Shown here in pieces: positions 11,293 to 23,600 of a stretch of 64,000 nt of DNA. The position numbers were made by a program, and so were the translations under genes. The stretch is taken from the NCBI GenBank assembly GCA_976551045.1, contig CDPCPM010000022.1, forward strand, positions 20,894,001 through 20,958,000. The letters are read 5' to 3'. Each line of letters starts with the position of its first letter. Within the stretch, counting starts at the first letter, position 1. The stretch comes from Glaucostegus cemiculus (Eukaryota). The notes below the pieces were generated by a model, which was not told the DNA's origin, did not search any database, and saw nothing but the letters and a program-made list of their open reading frames with translations.

Positions 11293-14115
11293 CTACCGTG
11301 AAAGTCTCCTCACAACACCAACCTCAATGACATATGTTGAACTGTTGTGCTGGACCACCCAGAAGGGCCCCTCGAACGGCTTCTGCAGGGGTGACTTGTG
11401 TGCTCCCCTGCGGATGAAAACGCATTCACAGTCCTGGAGGTCCTTTGGAATGAAAGAAGGCGTTGTGCCGTGCCTGGAGGTTGGGATCGGTACCAATATC
11501 CCTACTTTGGCCCGCAGCTTTGCTAGCACCTCCATCGGGGTCCCTGCTGGGTCTTGGGTTCCTGGTACGAACTTGCCTGATACCGTGAAGGGGGACCCGC
11601 AAACCAGCTCGGCTGAGGAGGTGCCCAGATCTTCTTTGGGGGCTGTGCGGATGCCCAGCAGGACCCAGGGGAGTCCGTCCGTCCAGTTGGGCCCCTGCAG
11701 GCAAGCCATTAGGGCTGACTTGAGGTGCCAGTGGAAACACTCCACCAAACCATTGGTCTGGGGGTGGTATGCTGTGGTGTGATGCAGTTGGGAGCCCAGG
11801 AGCTGTGCCAGCACCATCCACAAGCTGGATGTGATCTAGCCCCCTTGGTCGGAGGTAATGTTCACTGGGAGGCTGAAATGGGTGATCCAGTGGGCAGTGA
11901 GGGCTCTGGTGCAGGACTCGGTGGATGTGTCTGCCAGCGGCACTGCCTCTGGCCACCTGGTGAACCGGTGTGAAAATGTACCTGGCGCTCCGGGACACTG
12001 GCAGCGGTCCAACAATGTCCATATGGATGTGCTGGAACCTGCCGAGCGTTGGTTGAAAATGCTGGGGGGGGGGGGGGGGGGGCCTTCATGTGCCGCTGGA
12101 CCTTGGCCGTCTGACTGTGCACACAGGTTCTGGCCCAGTACCCAACCTGCTTGTGTAGACCGTGCCAGATGAATTTTTCTGCCACCATCCTGATGGTCAC
12201 CCTGATGGACGGGTGGGCCAGGCTGTGCAGAGTGTTGAAAAACCCATCGTCTCCATGCTGCAGACACCGCCGGCTGGGGTCTGCCAGTAGATGTGTCACA
12301 CAGGAGCCGGGTCGCCATGAGGCCAGCAGGGACATCTTCCAGCCGGAGTCCCGACATTGCCGTGCGTTGCGCCAGCGCCGTGTAGTCGACCCCCGTGGCT
12401 GGGTGGTTGCTGAATGGATGTGGGGGCGGGACAGTGTGTCGGCGACCACGTTGTTCTTCCTGGCGATATGGCGAACGTCCGTGGTAAACTCCGAAATGAA
12501 GGAGAGGTGTCATTGCTGACGGACTGACCATGGGTCCAATGTCTTTACCAGGGTGAAAGTGAGGGGCTTATTGTCCCTGTATACGGTAAAGTGCCTTCCC
12601 CTCGAGGAAATAGCGGAAATGGCGGACAGCCAGGTAAAGAGCCAGCAGCTCCCTGTCGAAAACACAGTACTTGACCTCTGGTGGCTGAAAAAGGCGAGCG
12701 GTCTCCACTGGCCTTCAATGAGTTGTTCCAACACCCCACCGACCGCTGCATCGGAAGCGTTGACAGTGAGTGCTGTGGGGACGTTGACTCTTGAGTGCAC
12801 CAGGAGGGTTGCCTTGGACAGTGCCTCCTTAACTCGATTGAAAGCCGCCGAAGCCTCCGCGTCCCAATCTACTTTCTTGGCCTTGCCGGCCATGAGTCTG
12901 AACAAGGGCCGCATGATGCGTGCTGCCGTGGGCACAAAACGGTGGTAGAAATTCACCATGCCCCACAAATTCTTGAAGACCCTTGACCGTGTGGGGCTTG
13001 GGAAATTGGAGGATAGCCTGTACCTTGTCAGGTAGCGGAGCGGTGCCATGCTGGTTCACCCTGTGGCCCAAGAAGTCGATCTCCCGCAGCCTGAACTGGC
13101 ACTTCGCCGGGTTGATCACCAACCCGTGGTCGCTCAGGCACTGGCAGAGCTGACGGAGATGGGCTGAGTGCTCCTTGCGCGACTTGCTGGCTACCAGGAT
13201 GTCATCCAGGTACATAAAAGCGAAATCAAGGCCTCTGCCCACCGAGTCCATTAGCCTTTGAAAAGTCTGGGCGGCGTTCTTTAGGCCGAAAGGCATTCGG
13301 AGGAACTCAAACAGCCCAAAGGGGGTGATGAGGGCTGTTTTGGGCATGTTGTCATGGTGTACGGGGATCTGATGGTATCCCCGGACCAGGTCGATCTTAG
13401 AGAAAATGGTTGGCCTGTGGAGGTTCGCTGTGAAGTCCTGGATGTGGGGCACAGGGTACCTGTCGGCAGTCGTGGCATCATTGAGCCTCCTGTAGTCTTC
13501 CCAGGGTCTCCAGCCCCCTGCTGCTTTGGGCACCATATGGAGCAGGGATGCCCATGGGCTGTCGGAACGGCGGATGATGCCCAACTCCTCCATCTTCTGC
13601 AACTCCTCCTTGGCGAGGTGGAGCTTGTCGGGTGGGAGCCTGTTGGCGCCGGCGTGCAGTGGTGGTCCCTGTGTGGTGATGTGGTGCTGCAGGCCGTGCT
13701 TAGGGGCCGTAGTGGAGAATTGTGGGGTGATAATGGAAGGAAACTCTGCCAGCATCTTAGCGAACTCGTTGTTGGAGAGTGCAATGGCGTCAAGGTGGAG
13801 GGCAGGTGACCGGGCCTTCTTGAGCTGGTAGCTTTGGAAAGTCTCTGCGTGGACCAAACGCCGGCCCCTCAGGTTGACCAGCAAGCGGTTGGCATGCAGG
13901 CAATCCGCCCCTAGCAGTGGCTGTGATACCGCTGCTACTGTGAAGGTCCAGGTAAACGAACTGGTCCCAAAGCGTAAGGGGATGGTGCACGGGCCATAGG
14001 TGGAGATGGTGGGTGCCATTCGCTGCAGTGAGTTCAGGGCCTGTGACTGTGTTGCGGGTGTCCATGTTGGAGGGGGGAAGGACGCTGATTTTGCTACCTG
14101 TGTCCACCAGGAAAC
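11293..14115 (-). pseudogene. pol: Gypsy pol (protease-RT-RNase H-integrase) broken into several frames
   Basis: ORF pieces 13790-14107 (DTG protease), 12829-14019 (RT), 12510-13049 (RNase H-like), 11862-12449 and 11293-11823 (integrase). Confidence 0.9.
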
Positions 14116-14315
14116 GCCGCCTGGTGAGCTGGTCCCAAAGGAAGAGTGGGCTGTCTCACTGGCCAGCTGCCGAAGCCACTAACGACGGTCGGCCTTGGCA
14201 TTTCCCGGGTAAGTGCATGGCAGTCGGCAGTGGCGTGCATTCATCCCCCACCTCTCGTGGTAGAAGCACCACTGCTCTGGGCCCTTGTCATTGTCCTCTG
14301 CGGGCCCCAACGATT

Positions 14316-14894
14316 TTAGTTGCGGGGCCCCAACGATTTTAGTTGCGGGGCCTTAGTCTGGGGCTGCGAGGCTGCTGGTATGCAGGCGGAGGCCACTCCT
14401 CGCTGCCGACTGCACCAAATGACGTCCGCTGTGGCCGCGAGGGCGCGCGGGTCGCTGAAATCCCCGCTGGCGAGGAGGGGGCGCATATCATCTGGGAGTT
14501 GCTCGAGGAATAGCTGCTCAAACAGGAAACATGGCTGATGGCCGTCCATGAGCGCCAGCATCTCGTCCATCAACTCGGAGGGCTTGCGGTCGCCTAGGCC
14601 GTCCATGTGGAGGAGCTTCATGGCTCTATCATGGGGGGAAAGGCCGAACGTGCGGATGAGGAGAGCCTTGATTCGGGCGTACCTGTCCTCCGTCAGTGGC
14701 TGGCGTAGGAAATCGATAATGCGCCCAGCTGTTTCCTGGTCGAGTGCGCTGACCACGTAGTAATACTTCGTGGTGTCGGCTATGATGCCGCTGATGCTGA
14801 ACAGGGCCTCAGCCTGTTCGAACCAGACTTGAGGCTGCGCGACCCAGAAAGCCGGGAGCTTGAACGCAACGGCGTTGTGGGAGTCAGTATTCAT
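14316..14894 (-). pseudogene. gag: Gypsy gag, truncated by a frameshift
   Basis: KLPAFW..QPQVWFEQAEA.F....I..DTTKYYYVVSALD gag N-terminal motif; the ORF ends inside a 23-bp tandem duplication. Confidence 0.85.
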
Positions 14895-14939
14895 GCTTCC
14901 AGATGCCGTCCGAAATCACGGGGGGGGGGGGGTCACCAA

Positions 14940-15156
14940 TGTAGTCGCCTGCAAAACGTGGCTCAGAGAGTCCCGGAGACTCAGTCCAACACGTTTTATT
15001 AACTGATACAAAACACCCACGTGCAGAACTTTCCTTAAAACCTCTCCGGCGGAAGTGACATCAGCCTCCCGCCGGAAATCCCGCCTCGCAACACTACCGC
15101 GTGTTTTCCCACGGCCACCAATGGTGGTTCAGACATCGGTGGCGCGGGTCGCCGCA
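14940..15156 (-). repeat. 5' LTR of the gypsy element
   Basis: tgtag...gccgca termini; adjacent to the PBS. Confidence 0.85.
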
Positions 15157-15499
15157 GTATCTTATGTTCTTCTGTTGCGGTAGAAGAAGCGACTGCCTAA
15201 GGCCACGGGAGGGCACCACACTCCGAATGTTTTCATTCATTGACACAATGTGCAAGGCTGCATCCGCAACTGGTCCCGGGAAGGTGGTGGTGAGTTTCAA
15301 CTGCTGCAGTCCTTCTGATGAAAGTACTTTTACACTATTATTAAGCAAGGAAATTCAGACACGGCGACGATGGAGGAGCACTGACATATGTCAGCCAGGA
15401 CTTCGTGTAACTTGGTATGGAATCTGTAGGTGGCGCCATTCCTTTGCCTGTGAAAATAGAACTTGTTTACATTTGGCCCTTGGTGACACAATTCACCAA

Positions 15500-15970
15500 G
15501 TGCCGAAAGAGATTGGGTGTGAGAAGAGATTGGGTTGTTTAGGTCAGTATTCACTGGAGTGAAGAAGAATGAGAGAGAATTTCATAGAAACCCATAAAAC
15601 TGTTATAGGATAGGACAGAACAGACTGGATTCGGGGAGGATATTCCCTATGACTGGAGAAACTAAAACTGGGGGGTGACAGTTTCATGATATGAAGTGTA
15701 CCTTCCTAGATCTTAGCTGTGGAGATATTTCTTCACACAGAGAAGATGAACTTGTGGAATTCTCCATCATATAAGGCAGTAAAGCCAAGTTAGTAATTAT
15801 ATTAGAACAAGATGTGGATATATTTCTTAATACTAAAGATATCAAGGGATATGAGGAGAAGGTGGGGACAGAGTGTTGAAATGAATGATCAGACATAGTC
15901 ATGTTGAATAGTGAAGTAGGCTCAAAGATCCAAATGGACTACTGATCCCCCTGTTTGTTATTTTTCTACA
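15500..15970 (+). mobile_element. Degraded CR1 LINE 3' end
   Basis: 'ttcactggagtgaagaagaatgagagaga', 'atttcttcacacagaga...ttgtggaattctc' and the CR1 3' UTR pattern. Confidence 0.6.
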
Positions 15971-16342
15971 TATCATTATCAGGTAGTTGATCTCATTTCA
16001 AATATATTAACCCCATTGTCTGATGGCACTAATTATTTTCATTTCTCCAATAAGCTAGAGGTCAAATAATAATTTTATTTTAAAAGGGTAAATTAGTAAA
16101 ACTAACAACTAAAGAAATTTGCTGACCTAATGCAATTAGATTCTGTGTATAATTTTATAATTTAAAAAATTATATAATAGCATGTGTGGTAGACACTTCA
16201 AGACATGGTTGTGTACCCAGCATAAAATCCATAAGAGTTCCAGGAAAGAGTGTGGTTCGCACATCACACACTCATTTTGTTACTTCTGGTCACCAGGGGT
16301 ATATGTTTTTTTTTCTTACTTAGCATTGGGGAACGTTTATAA

Positions 16343-16359
16343 GAAAATGAAACTGAAAC
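16343..16359 (+). promoter_or_regulatory. Tandem ISRE/IRF-binding element GAAAATGAAACTGAAAC
   Basis: Three GAAA cores with 2-nt spacing, matching the GAAANNGAAA consensus; about 1 kb upstream of the predicted USP first exon. Confidence 0.6.
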
Positions 16360-17281
16360 GACTACTGAAAACATTGTGATATCAAACATTGGCTCATCAC
16401 AGAGCAGAACACCTCCAAGGCGGTAAGATGTTAGAGTACTCTGCAAATATGGACATTGCAAATATGGAAAAAAATGTAATGATACGACTGATTTGCACTT
16501 AAAGAAGCTCATTGGAATTGTTGTGCGGCATTAACTACACAAATGGCAGGATATTGCTGTTACATTGCCTGTAATTTAGTTAATGGTGGTATTTAAAGAA
16601 AATCAAATAAATATAACTTACATGTATTATATAATTGCATTTTATCATCTGCAGGTAGAACAGGTCAATGATTGGCAAGTGGTAATTGCAAACCGAAAGA
16701 TGAAGATAACTTTTGTGAATAAAATATAGTTAATAAAATCATAATTTTCTAATGTATTGTGCCTCAGAGGCAGAGCGTTGGGATATCAAAGAGTTTTTCA
16801 TGGAATTGCTTATTGAAGAACTTTGAAAACTGTGAAGTAAAATTCCCTCCGCGATATTAAGAAATAAAATCGATGAGCTAATGTAATGTGCACTCAGAAG
16901 ATCAGTTGGTGAACTCCCAGGTTAAACTGTGCCAATTTAATTACAGCGTTTCTTGCATTTTCTGTTTTTATTTCACATTTCTAGCACTGCAGGTTTTTGA
17001 TTTTCGGTGAGATGTTATTGCTTGCCCCGTATTCACAGCTCAGTCTACTGTACATTACGAGCCCCCGAGCACCCCAATTGCCGTTGGTGTATTGCTCCAA
17101 TCTAACCTTCGGGAGTAAACATGAAATGACTGGTTTTGTTTCAATTTACACAATAAATTGAAGTAAGATGTGCAGAAAGAGCAAATTCGAACGGAATCCT
17201 GTATATTGTAGAGCCGATACTGGCTCCCCGAGTAACATTGCACCAGATTTGAATTCCAGCATATTTTCCTGGCATATTTTC

Positions 17282-17315
17282 AAACGAAACTGAAATTGCC
17301 TCCTAGCTGATTGGG
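17282..17315 (+). promoter_or_regulatory. Proximal ISRE (AAACGAAACTGAAA) and inverted CCAAT box (GATTGG) in a CpG-rich putative promoter
   Basis: Motif matches about 200 nt upstream of the donor at 17484; the region ~17.0-18.1 kb is visibly CpG-enriched. Confidence 0.6.
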
Positions 17316-17620
17316 CTTCCTGAGTCCGAAGCTTTTGCAATCAGACGACACTTCGTTCAACAGTCAGCCGAGAGCTGCGATTGTATTTGGGCTCAGACTC
17401 GGCAATCTCAACGGTGAACGTGCGAAGAAAGCTGGTCCGGGAGACGAACTCGGAAAAGAGAAGCCCAAACCTAAGTAACTCATGGTGAGGGAGTGAGTGA
17501 GCTTAATTTCCAACACGGGGGCAGGGCTAAAGGCATCCTGCCAATTAACGCGTTTTGTTTAATTTCAGATCAACAGCAAAGGGTCGAAATAAAAGGAAAG
17601 AAAAGCTACAGACGTGAAAA

Positions 17621-17660
17621 ATGAGCGAAGGCAAGACCCAAAGCAAGAAATATCCCAAAA
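17621..17660 (+). CDS. USP coding exon 1 (MSEGKTQSKKYPK; exon starts 17569)
   Basis: Acceptor tttaatttcag|17569; ATG with A at -3; donor A|gtaagc is phase 1, matching the next exon. Confidence 0.65.
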
Positions 17661-20600
17661 GTAAGCGATGGAATTATCACGCTGTGAATTTATTACGGAA
17701 CAGCGTTCCATCTCGTATTTAAATGTTACATGGGGCGATTTTTAATGCACCTCATTGCCAAAGACAGAAAAAAAGGAAAGTGCCTTTTTCTAACTGTTGC
17801 ATTCGGCTCCGCTGCGACTGGCCGCTCCTTTCTCTCGGTGACATGACTACAAGCTGCCGCTATCAGCTGCAGTCGGACCTCACAGTGAACTTGGGGCGGG
17901 GGTAGCACTTCATGGAAATATTATCTCTACACATGCATGTGCCTGGAACATAACCCCGGGGACAAAAAGCAACGTCTGCTGCCGCTTCTGGGGACATGGC
18001 TACAAACAACGTAAAAAAAGAACTAGAGGATTAGGCTGTGAGCTTTGGGGTGTCCGCCCCACTTTAAATCCTTCTTTGGGTTGGTTCACCCCCCGACGAG
18101 GATCCGGTGGATCTGCCAGATCCTCGTCTCCTCCTGGTTTCTCAGCTCCTGAAAGTCCTGGTTCACCAGGAAGAGGTAAGGATCCATCAAACCCCCAGCC
18201 ATATCTGAAGGGTCCTTGTGGATGACAAGGGTGAGGCTCCTCCTGGTGAACAAGGACGTTTTGAGAGTGGGTATGGGCACACCACCGAGGGAGTAGAGCC
18301 CAGCGTTCCTCAGGTCAGGCAGCATCTGTGGAGAGCGATACAGAATTAACATGACCTGAAACATTGACTGTTTCTCTTTCTATAGATCCTGCCTGACCTG
18401 CTGAAAGTTCAAAGCACTTTCCGTTCTTGCTTCAGATTTGCAGCACCTCCAGACTTTTTGTACATTTTTTGCCCTTTTCTTGACTGGCTGCTGGAACGAA
18501 GGAGTTGGCGTAATGTTAGAACTGCTGAGCCCGAGGCTTTAGCTTTTGGGCGGGTGGTTGGCCGGGAGTCAGGATGGGGAGTGGTAATAACGCATCTCCC
18601 GCAGGCCAGTGGCGGGTCTCCCACCCAGGTTGGTGAGTGTGGGAGCAGGTGTTCATGCACCTGAGGGAACATTAGTATAACTTGGTGCAAAAGTAATGAA
18701 GCCTTGGGACTACCAGCAGTATTAAAACTGTAAACATGTAAAGGATGTAGCTGAATGTAAATATTTATGTTCGCAACAAGTAAACTTTCAGTACCATTCA
18801 AATTAAAACAAGTATGTGATTTTTATCCAAATTCTTCAGGCTGAGGGAAGTGGTTACCTATTCATTTCACTTACCACACATCATCTGCTGATGGATGCGA
18901 GTGGGAATAAGGGAGGCCTAACCGAGCAGCCTCAGAAAACTCATTGCTCAAAACTCATTCTGCCTGCTCATTTACAGGTGGTGTGTGCAGTCTTTGGGAA
19001 CTGTACCATTCATTGTAATGATGTTTTTGCAGGTGGTCTCAAAGCTAGCCTGTAGTGCTTAAGATCCTTTAAAGTAGAGGGAATGACATCGAGTGATATC
19101 CCTTCATTACTGGATCATCTCAGAGCTGAAATACAATGGCCACAAAGATGTGCCTGCACTCATCAGCTGTTCCTGCACTCTGTCAAAATGTCTTTAAAGA
19201 GAAGATTATTGACTTCACTTTATAGTGAAAATATTCCAGCCTGGATCAGGCCTGACACAAAGTTCCAGTGACAACAGTTTCTGGCAGTGCTGCCTTTACG
19301 TAGTTCAAAGGTTGCAGTTGTGGCAGGAACTGATGGCAACTGATGCAATATGGATGTATCAACTGCTCAGGAGCCCATACTACTCTTCTAGACTGCCTAG
19401 CAGGTTCATCCGACAATGCATATCTCGTAATGGATGTGGTTTAAGAGGGACCAGTGGTATTTAATTGAGCTGCTTTTAAAATAAAGCTCCTTAATAAAGG
19501 TTGGATCATCTCACCCAATGTTTGCTGGACATAATGGGCACTGCTTGGTGAACCCACAACTGAGTTCAGCAGACTGACCTCTTGGTAGACTGTGCGTTTC
19601 AGTTGACCACAGCAGGCAGGGGGGAGTCCGTGACTGGCCAACAGGTGTGATAATGATATCAACATTGAAGCTGCGCTCTGCAGAAGCCTGTTTTTGGATG
19701 CAGTGGTCAGCTAGACATTTGATAAAAGATTCATACATAACCCTTCCTATCATTTTCTGCTCTGTCCGCAACAGTCATCTTGAGCTTCACGTTGCGTGTC
19801 ACTTCAACTCCCCTTCCCATTCCCACACCGACCTGTCTGTCCCTGGCCTTCTCCATTTTGACGGTGAGGCTAAACACTATCCAGAAGAAGAACACCTGAT
19901 GTTCCACTTGGGTAGCCTACAACCCATGGTAGAACACTGAATTTTCTAATTTCACGTAACCCGCTCCCCCTGTGTTCCTTACGCACTCCCTCCAGTCTAC
20001 CCAGGTACTCTCTCCCTTTGTTCACATTTTATATCCCTGCCCTCTTGTTACTAAGACCCTTCACCCTCCCCCACCTGCTTCCATCTGCCCATCACCTACA
20101 TACCTATCCATCTGGGTTTCTTCTTTCTTCTCCCTTAGTTCACCTTTCCCATCCCATCCCCCACCCGGTTCCATCTGTCATCATCCCCCACCTCATCTGG
20201 TTCCACTGATCACCGACCAGCCACTGTCTCACCTCTCCATCTCACCTCTTTATACTAGCTGTCTCCCCTCTACATTCTCAGTCCTGATTGACGGTCTCTG
20301 TGGTTGACCATCCCTTTGCCTCCACAGACGCTGCTTGACCCATCGAGTTCCTCCAGTGGTTTGTTTTTGCTCATTCTAATGTAAGTTTGGAGATGGTTGC
20401 TGAGGATGATGTGATGCAGGAGAAAATTTGGTTAATAGAGAAGTTACATGCAGAGTTTAATTAGGTTTTAAAATTTTATTTATATTATATTTTCAGCATT
20501 TTTTGTTTATTTACTGTTTCTAATTTAGGAGGTTAAAGTTTTTTATAGTTTTCATCTTACCATTCTGTCTCACTGGTTAACAGAACCGAACCTAGGATAA

Positions 20601-23600
20601 TACTTATTTTATATGATTTAATATAATGCCAGTTGGTGCACTGGACTATTTGAGTTCTCATTTTATTCTGTTAAACGATATCTCATTGTTGATCAAGGTT
20701 ACAGGCTGTAATTAGCATGAAATTTTAATAGGAAAAAGTCTCCATCTTGATAATCATTTCATTGAGTTTGTTGTATATCTTAAATAAGAATAGGTCAAAT
20801 CGACATTTTTCAGAGGATTGTACTTGTCAGGAATTACGCAACACTTACACTAGACCTTGTAACATATTTACACATCACCATTATCCCACCACCAAATCTT
20901 TACCCACCCAAAGTTCAAGCTGCAATACTGGAACTATTCCTAAAGAGGCTTGAAAAAAAATCAAAGCTTGGTAAGCAAATCCATTGCTTTCTCAGTAAAG
21001 CACCTTGGGACATTGTTATTCTTAATGACAAGGATTTTCCTTAATTTATTTTTGGCTTAAACTCAATTCACACCAATTTCATGAAATCTGTGATCTGTCC
21101 TAATTGGGTAAAATTCACAGCATAAAATTTGTCAGTTAATTGTAAATCACATTCAGATGGTGAAAAATTGTCTCTGGTTTAAAGCTGAATTATTGGTAGA
21201 AAGAGATTGTTTATCTGAGAATGGATAAAGATACTATATCAGTGTAAGGCAGTCAAAGTGTTAGCTTGTAATATCAATCTGCAGAATTGCTGACAGAACG
21301 TCCTTGATATTGCGACTGCATGCAAAGAGAAAGAAAATATTATATTCCACGGGAAAGGATTGTAGAATAATTAACTTTGTACCTCTAGGTAGAAGATTGC
21401 TTATTTATATTTATTTCATATTGTCAAATTAAAACAGATAGGAAATGTGAAACACATATTCAGATTTTTTTTGAAAATGAAGATAAGAGTTAAAGCAGAA
21501 GTCAGCAGCTGCAGGAAGTATATGGGTTAATAGCATGCTTGTGAAAATACATACACATATGCACACACACACGGACATGCACACACAACTTTGTTTATCT
21601 TTTGTACATGATCAGTGTTAACAAAGCTCTTATTGATGATTAGAGTTTGCTGGGATACATAACCAAGGAGCGACATGCTACCTGAACACACTGCTTCAAA
21701 CTCTCTACATGTCTCCTGAAGTGAAGGATGCTATCAAGAGGTTTGTACACCTAATAATAAACAATAATCAATATTCCAGCTATGAATTATTCAATTATTT
21801 TGATGCCTAACATGTATGTGATTTAATTGGATAATACTAAAAGTAAATACTGTATTATGTAAAAGTCCATACTGAAAACTGCAAATGCTTGAAATTGTTA
21901 ATCCTATGTCCCTCCTCTTAGATTATATATAAATCCAATTCAGTCAAAGGAAAATTTCAATAAGGACACCAGCATTGGCCACCAACTTAAAGAACTGTTT
22001 GAAATGCTAGATGCTAAAGAACCAGGAAATACACAGAGGATTACAAAAACCTTAGGCATAAATGGTAAGTGAGAATGGGCAAATAACTCAGGAAATTTCA
22101 GAGTGGATACAGTGTGTAAATTATATAACATAATATTATTAGAGTAAAAACATAAGTAGTAAAATCAGGAATGGGCCTTATATCTGCTGTGCCATTCGGT
22201 AGTATCATGGCTGATCTTCTACCCCGGAGGCACCTTTCTGCACTAACTCTATATCCTTTGATTCCTTTAAAATCTAAACACCCAGCAATGAGCGACTTAA
22301 CTTCAACAGCCCTTTTCAGCAGAGAATTCCAAAGACTCTGACTGAAGAAGTTTCTTCTCCTCTCGATCCTGATTTGCTGACCTGCTTGTTTTATGTTGGT
22401 GACTCCTGATTTTTAGATGCCCCAGTTATGAAAAACATCAACATCAGATCACCTCAAGTATTTTATACTGATCAGTAAGATCGCTCCTTAATCTGAATCA
22501 AAGTATAAATGCAAAATACTGCAGGCACTGGAAATCTGAAAACAGAAAATGTTGGATATATTTTGCAGGATAAGCAGCTTTTATGGAAAGACAGAAGTAA
22601 CACTTCAAGCCAACATCAAGTCAACCTGAAACATTTTTCTCTGTCTGCACAGAGGTTGCATAATTTGCTGAATACTTCCAGCACTTTATATTTTTATTTA
22701 AATATATTAAAAAAAACCTTTCTAAATATACTACATATGAATTGCCAAAATAGTGCAAGCCACAGTCTCTCGAATTGTGTGTTAAAGCAAATTCTTTTAT
22801 ATTGATTTGAACATTTCTGCTGTTTTATCAGTGCATTTCTTAAACTGAGTAAACTGTTGTGCATATCAGGCCATTGCAGAAAACATTTTCATGCCAGTAT
22901 TTCATAAGATAAATTAAAGGCCACAGTATACTCATCTAAAGGCTGTTAATCATAACAGACATTCTGCAACTCATTTACCAGAGAATAAAATCTCCAGCAG
23001 CTGAATTCAAATATTTAAGCTTTGAGAGCAGAACCCATAATATGCCAAGTTTCTTGTTTTCTGCCTATTAATGATTATTGATTGAGCACTTATTGGTAGA
23101 AATTCTTTAGAGTTGATAGTAGTATTTTCTTTTATGATTTTTATTGTTCCTTTCACTCTCCCTTTAAGAGTTCCTTCGCTGCACACTGACAGGCTCCCAG
23201 TGCCAGTGTTTAATGTTCCGATATCTCTCTTAATGCTGCCACTACTGTTTCCAATACTATCGTTAACTCCTGCATTTGTAGCAATGAACAATACTATTAC
23301 TCAAATCTAAATAACAAAGATAATTTCATCTTATCTTTAAGTTCGCAAACAACAAGATGCAGCAGAATATTTCCGAAAGATAATAAATAAGCTTGCTGAA
23401 GAAAGTGATGGGGAGACTTGTAATATATCTCAGGTTAGTTATAAAAGATTTCAAAACCTCATTCTCACATATCAATAAAATGCATCTAAGTGGGATATGA
23501 TTCTGATTTCTTTCTTTGGTTTGTATGCAAATAGTTTAGGTTGTCTAAATTAATATGAGGGAAAGTGATATAGCACTTGAATGTGAATGTATCTTTCATA

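Larger units (their letters stand above)
10911..15156 (-). mobile_element. Full-length, frameshifted Ty3/gypsy LTR retrotransposon
   Basis: Two similar LTRs (10911-11151 and 14940-15156), PPT at 11152-11170 and PBS at ~14913-14938. Domain order is gag, PR (FLVDTG), RT (MPFGLKNA, YLDD), RNase H, integrase (H-H-C zinc region, HMDIVGPLP, TTAYHPQTNGLVE). Confidence 0.93.

Noticed and set aside
11327-14760. Plus-strand ORFs overlapping the gypsy element
   Set aside because: Antisense shadows of GC-rich gag/pol coding sequence.
23007-23310. Overlapping ORFs on both strands (94 aa and 65 aa)
   Set aside because: AT-rich intron just before the QQD exon; no motifs.
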